Assembly: GCA_963674785.1 (NCBI GenBank)
Contig: OY771555.1
Span: 725,845 to 789,844 of the forward strand
Origin: Caldisericia bacterium
Lineage (GTDB): Bacteria; Caldisericota; Caldisericia; JAAYUI01
DNA: 64,000 nt
Direction of reading: 5' to 3'
Position numbers and translations under genes: made by a program. A model generated the notes under the pieces. The model was not told where the DNA came from and did no database searches. It saw only the letters and a list, made by a program, of their open reading frames with translations. Shown here piece by piece: positions 24,693 through 35,486 of this stretch; the first letter of the stretch is position 1, and the number at the start of each line of letters is the position of its first letter.

Positions 24693-27600
24693 ATGAGAAG
24701 AACTATAGTGATGCTCGTTGCAGTTACTATGATCATGGGAATATTTGCCCCAGTTCTTGGCTTAGCAAATGTTAATGCTGCGCCAAACAACGAGGTAATT
24801 CAGGGTAACGAACATGCCACACATATCATAGCCCAGTGGCATCAGGTTGGGCATGATGAGTATGGCGACCCCCTCCCTGGTGGAAAATCCTTTCCATGGC
24901 AGCATGAAGGCACAAGCCTTAATAGCTACTGGGGAAGTGAAGAATATGGAATGCCAAATGCTATTCTTGCAAGGGCAAGTTCTGGTATTGCAAGACGCGT
25001 AAGGCAGAATAATGCTGCATCAACAGTACAGCCAATGCTCTGGACAAGAGTGTATCTCACAGTTATGGCTGACAACGGCGCTTCAAGACCCATTGTGGAC
25101 GATAGGGGTGATTATAAGGGCGTCGGACTCTGGTATGTTGTAATGGACACCGCAGGGCAGGTCTGGTTTGATATGGACGGACACTTCCATGATGGAAGGT
25201 ATCTTGCTACTGCCGACCCATTCTCACCATATTACCAGTATGAGGTTGATGATTCTGGCAATTCTTACGGTTCATGTCTTATCAACCCAATGGCCAAAGT
25301 TGACCCAACTGAAGCAAACAATACTCAGGGCCCATACCAGTTCTCCGAAGAGACTTCCACTGGTGAAGAAAATGAGCTCTATGTTGAACCATGTTATTTC
25401 TGGGTGAGACCAAACCTCATTAATAAAGTTAGCTCCCTCGATACAAACACAACTTGCGATGCTTATGCAAATCATACTCTTACAGGTGAGTCAAGGGCAT
25501 GGCAGCTCGGTATCCTCTCAAGACCAGATTATCTTGGACAGGGTATTTCAAGTCCTCTTGGTAATGTCTCAGATGGTCTTGTAAGATCTGGTGAGTGGGA
25601 TGTTGGACAGTCAACCATTCCATTCCTTGCAAATGAGCTTTTTGCAGATGCATTTGGCAACCTCAATAGTGCTGGTCCTGCACCAACAAACGGAACATAT
25701 GATCCAGGCGATCCTATCTATAGAGATGTTGATGGTTCAAACTCCGTTACCGTTGGCGACATAAGACTTTCAAATGTTACTCTCGGTGTTCCTCCCGCAG
25801 TTACAACATTCCTCGGTGGAACCATTGTTGCTGCAGGCGACAGAGACATCAACACATTTGGTGGTGCAACAGGTTGGAGCAACAATCTTTACTCAATGCC
25901 TCCAGGTTATGTTTACTGTGCCGCTGGCACTGGTGATGGAACAGAGCTTGAGTTCAGACATCTTGGAAATCCAACCACAAATGGCGAGTGGTCAGTTATT
26001 ACTCCAGCAGGAACGTCATTTATTGCAGTAGAAGATGCTTCTGAAATCACTGCTGGATCCACAGTCAGAGTTGGACCAAACAACCTTGGTCAGAGCCAGA
26101 TTTGTGTTGTCACAAATGTTTGGAATGCACCACAGGCTGCGACAATGTATAACAACTACAACTCTATAGGTTGTAATGGTTATCACAGATCATGGTATGA
26201 CTATTACATCCAGGGTTTTAACGTTGGTGATTATGTTTATTTTGGTTCAACCAATGGTGGAGAGATGCTTAGAATTTCTGCTCTCTATTATTATGGTTAT
26301 ATGTATCACTATACTTGGGGATGTAGCGGCTCATCATCCTATACTGCTGTCAGATATACTAGAGAACCACAGTTAAATCATGATCAGTATAGCTATAACG
26401 GAAGCAGCTACTGGTATGCTTATGGATATGATGTAATGACAAGAGTAGAACAAGGTCTTCTTCTTGATTGTGTTCTTGGAATCGACTGCGCAGCAGGCAC
26501 TCCTGTTGTTCCAGTTGGTTACCAGCCAGGTGACTTTGTCTACATGCAGTTGGATCCAACAGCAAATCAGATCCAGGAAGGCGATATCCGACTTTCAAAT
26601 GTCGATGTTCACAGAGATATTGCTGGAAACGTAATTGGACATGGTGCTTGGGAATTTGACGCTCTTGTTATGATGGAAGTCCTCTTTGCTGATCCAAATG
26701 ACCCAAGATACCATGGAGCAGTTGGAAACCAGGACTGGAAAACATATTCAAATGATCCTTCATACGATCTTATGGATTCAGACTGGAATGACATCGATCA
26801 TCCATACGCACATTGCATGCCAACATATGATTTGACAGTTGAGTCAGATTTCTGGCAAGGTGAAAGAGTATGGGTTGATGATCCTGCAAATCCAGGTTCA
26901 ATGATTTCTGAATGGCAGGGAGTTATCCCATCCGTTACTGCATGTGCTCTCAGATCACCAAACGATGATGTTGACCCAGCACATCACAGAATCGCAAAAC
27001 AGACAATCCTTGGCGATGAACCAGATGATTTCTTTATTCATAGCGCAACAATTCATGGTGTAACACCTGACTACAGAGAATATCTCGGACTCGAACTCTT
27101 TGTCGATAGTGACTATGACAACAACCCAATTCCAAACCTTCCAGCAAACAATCCTGTGGCACTTGACCTTCATGATAACTATCAGCGTGGAGATGTCTGC
27201 TCAGCATATGCTGGTGCAACAAGCAGAGCCCCAGACCTTGATCTTTGGAGAGACCTTTCAACCATTGATGACTCCAAAGATTATCCGAAATTTATTGACC
27301 TTGATAATCCAGCTGCAATTCCTAATGACCCTGGTATGTATGGTTGCAACGAGCCAATCTACTTTGACCTTGACCAGGATGGAACAGTTTCCCCAGGCGA
27401 CAGACGTGGTTCAGATATTGATATCAGAACCGGTACAGTAACTGAAGGTTCACTTGATAGCTTTGTTGCAGGCACAATTGTTCAGCCAGGTGATGTTGAT
27501 GTAGGAAGAATTCTTTCCAGATTCCTTGATCCAACACCGGGCTTAACATACATGCAGCCTGTTTACAAGTGGTATGATATCCCACACGAAATCTCAAGAC

Positions 27601-30600
27601 TTCCATCAGGATCTCTTGATTTAGGCGAACCAATTTATTACGACCACCCTGTTCTTCCAGACTTCCCAGCAGGAAACCAGCAGACAGACCCAGGTGACAT
27701 TAGACTTAGTGATGTCAATGTCGCATCAGCACAGTATTTCTGTGGTGAGACAATGGGTATTGGTGACGTATTCACAAATGAATACCCACTTTATATGATT
27801 TCAATGGGTAAAAATGGTGATTATAACTACATCGACTTCCCAGTACTTCCATTCCCAACAATGGATGTCCAGATTGAAGTTGATAGACCACTTAAGGTTG
27901 AGCAGACAAGTAATGTCAAAATCACTGTCAACCCACCACCAAAACCAGGCGAGAGCATCTTTGTTGCACTTCGTGAAACAAAACTTGAAGCAAGACAGCC
28001 TGTTGAGCAGATTGATTACTACTCAATGAAAAATGTTGAGGGTGAATGGTTAGAGTGTTCAGACCTTATTTCCCCAACCTATTGGAACGCCAATGCCACT
28101 TATGGTGCTGGCATGTATAGAGAAAATGTAAACATTGGATTCGACTTCCCATTCTTTGGACAGATATATAACAGACTTGAGATTGGATGGAATGGTTATG
28201 TTAACTTTGGAACCCAGTGGTATTATTATAGTTCCCAGTACACATATTATGGATACTCAGGCTCTTCATACAGATATGCTGTTGTTCGACCATTAGATTA
28301 TGCAAATAGTCCACCACGTGTTAACGCACTTGGCGGAAGATGGGGATGGCCTCCAAATACCGAAGTTTGTTATGGTCAGGCGATTTGGCCAGCAACAGGC
28401 GAGACCGTATTTGTTATCCATTGGAAGGGTGTAAACTACTACAATGACGCAGACTTTGAAGTTGAAGTAATCCTCTTCCAGAATGGTGAGGTCCTAATTC
28501 AGTTCCAAAGCACGGCATGCCCAACATACTTCAGTGATATGAACGTTGGTATTACCAATGGTAACGGTGACTACTACGAATGGCTTGAAGGTGGACCATG
28601 TGGATTTGGTGATGAAGCAAATGTTCTCTTCTCCCCAGGTTCAATCCCAGCACAACCAGGAAGACCAGCTCTTGACATCGCAGAAGATGATAGATGGATT
28701 ACTGAAGATAACCCAGAGGCTAATTTTGAATTCACTCCATACAGAGGTACCTGTCTTGAAGACGGAACAAGACAGCCTGTTGAAATCAACCTTTATAGAG
28801 ATGTAGGTGGAGTCAAAGACCCAGCGGTTGTTCCAAGGAACCCACCACCAAAAACATATCTCACATATAGAGAGCCATCATACAACGTAGATGAACCTTA
28901 CAACGGAAGAGTAATCGCCGTACAGGATGTTTATGGATATCTTCCAGGCGACTGGATTCTCGTTGGAAATCTCAGAAATACTGAGAGAAGAATGATCACT
29001 CAGATTCACACTGGTACTGAAGGTGCTTATACTGAGATGATTGAGACTAACTTTAACTCCTCATCTACCTCTAACAGATCTCATATCCTTCCAGTTAAGA
29101 GCATCGATGACTTCTATGTTGGAAACACACTTGTTGTCGGATGGAATACAAGCCCAACACAGGAAACCCATGTTATTACCCATGTCTCAAGAGATATTGG
29201 TTATGATAACGGTACAAACCCAGATTTCCATTGGACAAGAGGTGCTGGTAATACTTCACATCCACAAGGTGAGAACGTAGTAATCAGACTTCAGGATGCA
29301 TCAGGATTTGTCGTTGGTGACTTTATTGGAATGGGTTATTATCAGTGGTGGCCAGATGATCCACAGTGTAGCGGAAGAGCTCTTTATGATGTTGCAAGAA
29401 TTATCGATATTAATGGTAACGAAGTTACACTTAACAGAACACACCAATATTGGTACTCCTACAATTATTATTACTATGCACATGTAAGAGGTATTGAGGT
29501 TAGAGACCCACTCAAGTATCGGCACTATGATGAGTGTGATGCTCAGGATGGAAGAGCAGAACAGGTTCTTACAACCAAGTTCAGCTTCACTCTCCATAGA
29601 GGACTTAACTACAACCATATCTTTGGTGAGCCAGTAGTTGGTATCGTTTACTTTGACCCATTCTGGGTAGACAACAAATGGGAAAGATTCGATCTTGACA
29701 TGTATCCAACACGTCAGTTCTCATCAATCCTTTCACCAGATACAGTTTCACCAGACCTTGATAGCGGATACGATTGTTTCTTCAGAAGCAAGTGGAATAT
29801 TGAGCCTGAAGAAATAGAAATTGTCAAAGCAAGGGATTGTATTTCACCACTTGATCAGAGATATCCAAACATCCTGCTTACCCTTATGGATGCCGATAAC
29901 CCCAACGACGTAAACGATCCTGCAGATATTCCAATCTCATGCCCAGCCGGAGTTTCTGGTGTTGACCAGACAATTATCGCAAACGTTAATGTTAATGGTT
30001 GCGGAATTGACTATCTCTTTACAGCCGGCCAGGCAAGCCCGAACAGATTCATTGTTCAGGTAAACGATGACGGTACATATGATTGGTGGAGATGGTATGA
30101 GCCACTCGTACCAACACAGATTTTTGGTGCCCTTGATTCAAATGACTGGCTTTACACATGGCTTGATGATGACCAGGGTGATGATCTTCTAGCACCTGCA
30201 ACAAGAACACCAATGCCAACCCATGACAATACCTATGACCTCAGGCTTACTGACAATGACTGCTCACTTGGTGGTGGCGTTTGTGACCCATGCAATGAGG
30301 GTTCAAAGTGGCCATGTCTTGGTGATGTGACACTCTATGATGCTTATGGAAGATTTATGAATTCACTCGGAGATCCTTACTCCAACTATCCAAACCCACA
30401 GAATCTTCCAGCAAACTATGGAAACATCGAAAACTTCGGTATTCCTTGTGTTATCGACAGATGGACTCTTGGTTCCGATGGTGGACAGATCATGTTCCCA
30501 GCAAAACCATTTGAATCAGGCGATCTTCACGTAAGAGTTTACACATATCAGGCCGTATTTGATTACAACTCCTCGAATGTTCACTGGCCAGGACCATACT

Positions 30601-33600
30601 TCGTGCCAGATACATCACTTGGAATTGACTATTGTGGATATACAACAATTAAGGTCATGGAGCCAGATGCAGATGTAAACTTCTCAGAGTTCAGAATGGT
30701 TGACCACGGTCTCCAGAACTCCTTGATCAATTACACAACTGGTGTCAACCCAATCTATCCAATGGCACCTCCAGCTCCAAGAATCCAGGCATACTACAAC
30801 CCAATTATCTATAACTACAATACAGAAGTTAGATCATACCCAGGTGGACAGACACATACTGGTAGAATTATCGGTGGCGAAAGCGGACATTATTGGAACG
30901 CATATCCAGCAATCTGGGAAAACCAGTTTGTCAAACTTGGAACTGAGTTCCTTCCACTTACTGACTATGGTATGTACTTCATTCTTATGAATGGTGAAGG
31001 AAACCATCTTGGTTATGGCAGAAGCCCAACACAGGAACCAGACCTTGCTCTCAGATATATGAAGATCACTGGTCCATTCATGAGACCAAAATTCTACAAC
31101 GAGCAGACTCTTAACTGCATCCTTGGTGGAATGGATAGCCCATATTACGAATACAATAACGTAATCGGTCTTCCAATTGCCTACGACTACAGCGGAGAGA
31201 TTAACGTAAATAGCTCAAACTTCAGTTCATACTGTGATGCTTATGGAAGTGACTATTCACAGGTTGGTCAGCCACTTTCATCATCAGATAGTGTTGTTTA
31301 TGAAAATGCTAACACATGGCTTACCAACTGGAGAGACCTTTACTATGGTGGATTCTGGAGTGTTTCAAGAACCAACTTCAATTACCCAGTAGCAGATCCA
31401 GTGACTCCATGTTATCCATATGTTTGGGTATTTGATGAGCTTATTCCAATCGGCCCAGGTCAGATTGAAATTGAACTCCAGCTTTATAATGACATCAAGA
31501 AGGTTTACCAGGATTGCTGTGCTGCAGGACAGTCTGGAACAAAAGATGGAATTCCAGTACATGGTCTTAAGATTGAAGGCACACCACAGTTTGTAACCGT
31601 TCTTGAAGATAACGTTTTTGAGCTCACAGTTACCGAAGACTCTGGAAAAGGAATGATCAACAATGGTGAGTGGCTCAACATCGAATGTAACGATGCAGTC
31701 CTCTTTGCATGGCAGGACAGAGGTATAGTCGATCCAGATTCAAACTATTGGTATGGTGCACTTGATGGAATCATCACCAACCCACCACAGTCCTCAACAG
31801 TATCCGGACAGGAAACTGCATATGACAAGATTTATGACAGAAACAACGATGGTCTCATAAGATTCAATGATCGTGAAACAGAGATTGTTGGAACATATGA
31901 TATGGCCACAAATACATGGCTCGGTGGAATGATTGATGCAAGAACATTCCAGAGAGAAAATGGTCAGTACAAGATTGAACTTACTGCTGAAAATGGTGGA
32001 CTCATTGATGAAGTTGGAATCGATATTGGCGGACGTGATGAAAATAGAAGACCACTTCTTAGAAACCACGTAGACCATATCATTGATCAGTATGAGACAT
32101 GCCCATTCAACATCACCGCTTACAAGTATGGTGATGACAATAACGATAGAGCATTTACACCACTTCTTTATAACTGGTACTCACACGAAGTCTATCTTTC
32201 AGGACAGGTTTCAGTTCCAGTTGAACCAAGACGTGACCTTAACATTACATATAGCCCAGAACCACTCACAGCTGGTGTAATCCCAGAAAAAATTGGTGAC
32301 CCACTTACATTCCACGTTACTGATTACAATGGTGACCCAGTTGACCTCTTCGCAATTGGTCTCCCAGATGCACATGGTGATGCAGAGATTATCGAAACAG
32401 CAGTTCATGACATCCTCTTCAAAGATCCATTACCAGATGATGAATACTTCTATGGTGAAGGCGCAGTCATGCCTCAGTACTACTGGCTCAGAACCGACCT
32501 TCACAACGTTGAAGACGAAGAAGGAAAATTTAACTACAACTCAGCAATGTACTATCCAACCTTCCTTCCAATTGATTTCACACATGATTCTGAAAAAGGT
32601 GACTACACATTCAGAGGATTCATTGCAAACGATAAAGGTGAATTTGAAGTTTATGTCTATACACCAGACAGAAAACATTCAGGTGTTGTAACTGTTAAAG
32701 TTGCCTCACCAAAGGCTTCATATGAAGTTTCAAACAAGGATGAGCCAAACGCAATCTTTGATGTTCCATCAACAACAGGTGACCCAGACTTCGTGCTCAC
32801 AGGTGGCGATAACAGAATCTACAACGTAACAGTAACATGTAGAAATGCTCAGGATGCACTTCTTAAGGGTGTCGCAAAAGGTGTAAGTGTCTGTTCAGGT
32901 GAAGGTGAAGATATTGCAAGATTTACTGTTGCAAACTCCATCCCACATAATTACCTTTGGGGATCAGTTTCATCATCTTCAACTGGTTACTCAGAGACCT
33001 ATTATCATAACTATGCAGGAATCGATATTAATGATGATGGAAGTCTGACACAGCTTACAATTGATCAGTCCGAATATGCTGAAATTAAATATCAGATTTA
33101 CAGCAGCAATCCTGTTTACTATAACACTGCAAACACAAGATATACCGATCTTAACTATGAAATTACTTCATGGGGTGGCTGGGGTGCTTGGTACCCAGGT
33201 AAATCTGATTATCTTCCAGCTCAGGCAAGCCGTGGATACAGTAAATTCATGGACTACCAGAGAGGTTGGGGTAGAGGTTGTATCTATAATGATAAATATC
33301 ATGGATCATATCTCTTCCCAGACTTCAATAGTGATAATATTCTCTCTTTCAGAGACTCCTTCTCACTCAATGAACAGGGTAGAACAACATTCTTGTTCTA
33401 CGCAAACGATGCTTGTTTCTTGACAGGTCTTGTTGGATACAATGATTATTGTAACGTAAATCAGTATGCTGACGTTGCCGGATATATGAACGTTCAGACA
33501 AGAATGGATCCGAACTACTCAAGATATAGATTCAACCCAACTTTCGGAATGGGTGCCACACCAGATGGTATCTATCAGCTTGACTGGGAAGCATGGCCAG

Positions 33601-35267
33601 ATAAGAGTCTTGAGGTTGGAACACCAGACATTGAGATTATCAATCCTCTTACAGGTGAAGCCTGGAGAACAAATACAGATGAAGACGACGTGATTGCATT
33701 CGGTCACTACGATCTTACATACGGTATTAAAAATCATATGCTCGTTAAGGTTTACCCAGCAGACAGAAGAGACATCCCTGTGCATGGTTATATTCCTGAA
33801 GATCATCCATCATACTCAGAGCAGACATATGGTGACAGCCAGTACAACGAAAAAGCTGCGACAATCAGATTCTATTCACCAGAAAAAGATACTACTGAGG
33901 GTTGGCCAGCATTTGAACATCACGTAGTAGGAAGACTCACAATCGGAAAAGACGATCCAAATGATCGTGAAGCAAACATCTATGTTGATCCAACTGGTAC
34001 TGGTTCTGCAACAGCCGGTCTCTATATGAGAGAAAAGAGAGTTGCCGCACAGGAAGTCGGAACTAGCTACACACTTAATGCCGCACTTACAGTGTTCAAC
34101 GTAATCAAGGGCATCGCAATTGAGCCAGAGGTTGGCGGAGCACTCAAGGTTGGCGTAGAGTCAACACTTAAGGTCAAGGTTGTTGTTGCTGGTGGAGCAG
34201 ATGAACCAGTCGCAGGCATAAGCGTTAAACTTGATGACAAAGACGGAATTGTTACAGCTCAGACTGCAACAACAAACGATATGGGTATCGCAGAATTTAA
34301 GGTTACCCCAACAAAAGCTGGAAAAATTATCATCCGTGCAAGCTCAGATGTCTATGGCGAAGCAACCTCAGCAGTTGGCGTAGAAGTCGAAGTTATCCCA
34401 CCAATGCTCATTATTGATTCACTTCCATCCACAACAAATGCTTCAAAGATCAAAGTCTCAGGTAAGACATCTGTTGGAGCCGAAGTTAAGATCGGTGCAA
34501 ACAAAGTTAAGGTTGCAGATGATGGTACATTCAGCCATGAAGTTAACCTTGAAGACGGTTATAACTCAATCGACATTACTGCAAGCAACACAGCAGGAAT
34601 GTCAACATCACTCACCGTTGGAATCACAAGAGACTCCGTTGCACCAGAGATCATCCTTGATCAGGAAGATCCAAATGTCAAAGTCTTCGGACCAAATGTA
34701 ACACTCACCGGTAAGGTTGAGCCATACTCCAAGGTTACTATCAACGGAAAAGAAGCAACAGTTGTTTATGACACATGGAGAGTTGAGCTTGAAAACATCG
34801 ATGCTGGTGAACTTGAGCTTAAGGTAGAGGCTGTTGACCCAGCTGGCAACCAGAACGAAAAGACATTTACAATTACAGTTTACGCAAGAAGAGTTATGGT
34901 TATTCAAGATGGTCACACAAACGTGACCGTCAACGATAACCCAGGAACACAGCTCAACAGAGGACCAAAGGTAATTGGCGGCGTATTCTATGCACCACTT
35001 ACAGTTTTCACCCAGTTCTTTGAAGAGAATACTCCAGTAATAAATGCTGGTACTGTAACTGCAACAATCGATGGAAAAGAATATGTTATGTCTGTTGATC
35101 AGAAGACATATACCGTTGATGGCGATGAGTTTACAATGACAAATGCACCTGTTGATGAACTCGGTGAATTCTTTGTTGATGTTGAGTTCTTTGCCGGAAT
35201 TCTAGGAATCGAAACTAATTGGGATCATGGTAGTGGAAAAATGACCCTGACAATGGAGATTGAATAG
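24693..35267 (+). CDS. giant secreted envelope protein, paralog G2 (3524 aa)
   Basis: I start it at ATG 24693, with AGGAGAG at 24681-24687 and signal peptide MRRTIVMLVAVTMIMGIFAPVLGLANVNA. It has private inserts at about 26030-26450, 28010-28650 and 28900-29520. The Ig-like plus stalk C-terminus spans about 34120-35264. Confidence 0.93.
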   Translation: MRRTIVMLVAVTMIMGIFAPVLGLANVNAAPNNEVIQGNEHATHIIAQWHQVGHDEYGDPLPGGKSFPWQHEGTSLNSYWGSEEYGMPNAILARASSGIARRVRQNNAASTVQPMLWTRVYLTVMADNGASRPIVDDRGDYKGVGLWYVVMDTAGQVWFDMDGHFHDGRYLATADPFSPYYQYEVDDSGNSYGSCLINPMAKVDPTEANNTQGPYQFSEETSTGEENELYVEPCYFWVRPNLINKVSSLDTNTTCDAYANHTLTGESRAWQLGILSRPDYLGQGISSPLGNVSDGLVRSGEWDVGQSTIPFLANELFADAFGNLNSAGPAPTNGTYDPGDPIYRDVDGSNSVTVGDIRLSNVTLGVPPAVTTFLGGTIVAAGDRDINTFGGATGWSNNLYSMPPGYVYCAAGTGDGTELEFRHLGNPTTNGEWSVITPAGTSFIAVEDASEITAGSTVRVGPNNLGQSQICVVTNVWNAPQAATMYNNYNSIGCNGYHRSWYDYYIQGFNVGDYVYFGSTNGGEMLRISALYYYGYMYHYTWGCSGSSSYTAVRYTREPQLNHDQYSYNGSSYWYAYGYDVMTRVEQGLLLDCVLGIDCAAGTPVVPVGYQPGDFVYMQLDPTANQIQEGDIRLSNVDVHRDIAGNVIGHGAWEFDALVMMEVLFADPNDPRYHGAVGNQDWKTYSNDPSYDLMDSDWNDIDHPYAHCMPTYDLTVESDFWQGERVWVDDPANPGSMISEWQGVIPSVTACALRSPNDDVDPAHHRIAKQTILGDEPDDFFIHSATIHGVTPDYREYLGLELFVDSDYDNNPIPNLPANNPVALDLHDNYQRGDVCSAYAGATSRAPDLDLWRDLSTIDDSKDYPKFIDLDNPAAIPNDPGMYGCNEPIYFDLDQDGTVSPGDRRGSDIDIRTGTVTEGSLDSFVAGTIVQPGDVDVGRILSRFLDPTPGLTYMQPVYKWYDIPHEISRLPSGSLDLGEPIYYDHPVLPDFPAGNQQTDPGDIRLSDVNVASAQYFCGETMGIGDVFTNEYPLYMISMGKNGDYNYIDFPVLPFPTMDVQIEVDRPLKVEQTSNVKITVNPPPKPGESIFVALRETKLEARQPVEQIDYYSMKNVEGEWLECSDLISPTYWNANATYGAGMYRENVNIGFDFPFFGQIYNRLEIGWNGYVNFGTQWYYYSSQYTYYGYSGSSYRYAVVRPLDYANSPPRVNALGGRWGWPPNTEVCYGQAIWPATGETVFVIHWKGVNYYNDADFEVEVILFQNGEVLIQFQSTACPTYFSDMNVGITNGNGDYYEWLEGGPCGFGDEANVLFSPGSIPAQPGRPALDIAEDDRWITEDNPEANFEFTPYRGTCLEDGTRQPVEINLYRDVGGVKDPAVVPRNPPPKTYLTYREPSYNVDEPYNGRVIAVQDVYGYLPGDWILVGNLRNTERRMITQIHTGTEGAYTEMIETNFNSSSTSNRSHILPVKSIDDFYVGNTLVVGWNTSPTQETHVITHVSRDIGYDNGTNPDFHWTRGAGNTSHPQGENVVIRLQDASGFVVGDFIGMGYYQWWPDDPQCSGRALYDVARIIDINGNEVTLNRTHQYWYSYNYYYYAHVRGIEVRDPLKYRHYDECDAQDGRAEQVLTTKFSFTLHRGLNYNHIFGEPVVGIVYFDPFWVDNKWERFDLDMYPTRQFSSILSPDTVSPDLDSGYDCFFRSKWNIEPEEIEIVKARDCISPLDQRYPNILLTLMDADNPNDVNDPADIPISCPAGVSGVDQTIIANVNVNGCGIDYLFTAGQASPNRFIVQVNDDGTYDWWRWYEPLVPTQIFGALDSNDWLYTWLDDDQGDDLLAPATRTPMPTHDNTYDLRLTDNDCSLGGGVCDPCNEGSKWPCLGDVTLYDAYGRFMNSLGDPYSNYPNPQNLPANYGNIENFGIPCVIDRWTLGSDGGQIMFPAKPFESGDLHVRVYTYQAVFDYNSSNVHWPGPYFVPDTSLGIDYCGYTTIKVMEPDADVNFSEFRMVDHGLQNSLINYTTGVNPIYPMAPPAPRIQAYYNPIIYNYNTEVRSYPGGQTHTGRIIGGESGHYWNAYPAIWENQFVKLGTEFLPLTDYGMYFILMNGEGNHLGYGRSPTQEPDLALRYMKITGPFMRPKFYNEQTLNCILGGMDSPYYEYNNVIGLPIAYDYSGEINVNSSNFSSYCDAYGSDYSQVGQPLSSSDSVVYENANTWLTNWRDLYYGGFWSVSRTNFNYPVADPVTPCYPYVWVFDELIPIGPGQIEIELQLYNDIKKVYQDCCAAGQSGTKDGIPVHGLKIEGTPQFVTVLEDNVFELTVTEDSGKGMINNGEWLNIECNDAVLFAWQDRGIVDPDSNYWYGALDGIITNPPQSSTVSGQETAYDKIYDRNNDGLIRFNDRETEIVGTYDMATNTWLGGMIDARTFQRENGQYKIELTAENGGLIDEVGIDIGGRDENRRPLLRNHVDHIIDQYETCPFNITAYKYGDDNNDRAFTPLLYNWYSHEVYLSGQVSVPVEPRRDLNITYSPEPLTAGVIPEKIGDPLTFHVTDYNGDPVDLFAIGLPDAHGDAEIIETAVHDILFKDPLPDDEYFYGEGAVMPQYYWLRTDLHNVEDEEGKFNYNSAMYYPTFLPIDFTHDSEKGDYTFRGFIANDKGEFEVYVYTPDRKHSGVVTVKVASPKASYEVSNKDEPNAIFDVPSTTGDPDFVLTGGDNRIYNVTVTCRNAQDALLKGVAKGVSVCSGEGEDIARFTVANSIPHNYLWGSVSSSSTGYSETYYHNYAGIDINDDGSLTQLTIDQSEYAEIKYQIYSSNPVYYNTANTRYTDLNYEITSWGGWGAWYPGKSDYLPAQASRGYSKFMDYQRGWGRGCIYNDKYHGSYLFPDFNSDNILSFRDSFSLNEQGRTTFLFYANDACFLTGLVGYNDYCNVNQYADVAGYMNVQTRMDPNYSRYRFNPTFGMGATPDGIYQLDWEAWPDKSLEVGTPDIEIINPLTGEAWRTNTDEDDVIAFGHYDLTYGIKNHMLVKVYPADRRDIPVHGYIPEDHPSYSEQTYGDSQYNEKAATIRFYSPEKDTTEGWPAFEHHVVGRLTIGKDDPNDREANIYVDPTGTGSATAGLYMREKRVAAQEVGTSYTLNAALTVFNVIKGIAIEPEVGGALKVGVESTLKVKVVVAGGADEPVAGISVKLDDKDGIVTAQTATTNDMGIAEFKVTPTKAGKIIIRASSDVYGEATSAVGVEVEVIPPMLIIDSLPSTTNASKIKVSGKTSVGAEVKIGANKVKVADDGTFSHEVNLEDGYNSIDITASNTAGMSTSLTVGITRDSVAPEIILDQEDPNVKVFGPNVTLTGKVEPYSKVTINGKEATVVYDTWRVELENIDAGELELKVEAVDPAGNQNEKTFTITVYARRVMVIQDGHTNVTVNDNPGTQLNRGPKVIGGVFYAPLTVFTQFFEENTPVINAGTVTATIDGKEYVMSVDQKTYTVDGDEFTMTNAPVDELGEFFVDVEFFAGILGIETNWDHGSGKMTLTMEIE

Positions 35268-35314
35268 GTATAATTGTTCGAATACGAATTTAGTTTGAAA
35301 CTTTAAAAAGTTAT

Positions 35315-35370
35315 CCTTTCGGGTGCGTGGATGAAACCCGCCCCGAAAGGCGAGAAAGAATTGATTTATA
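35315..35370 (+). promoter_or_regulatory. conserved intergenic module 2: TTAT + hairpin + CGAGAAAGA box
   Basis: Stem cctttcggg (35315-35323) pairs with cccgaaagg (35342-35350), with an inner gcg/cgc pairing, followed by cgagaaagaattgatttata. Confidence 0.6.
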
Positions 35371-35486
35371 GTTGGTTTGATAAGCAAAAAAATGGACTTC
35401 ATTACTAGATTTATATCGGTTGAAAAAAAGGTTGAAGTGGCCCAAGATTGGCCCCTTGGTGGCTTAAGTCTAAAAGGAGAGGTCAG

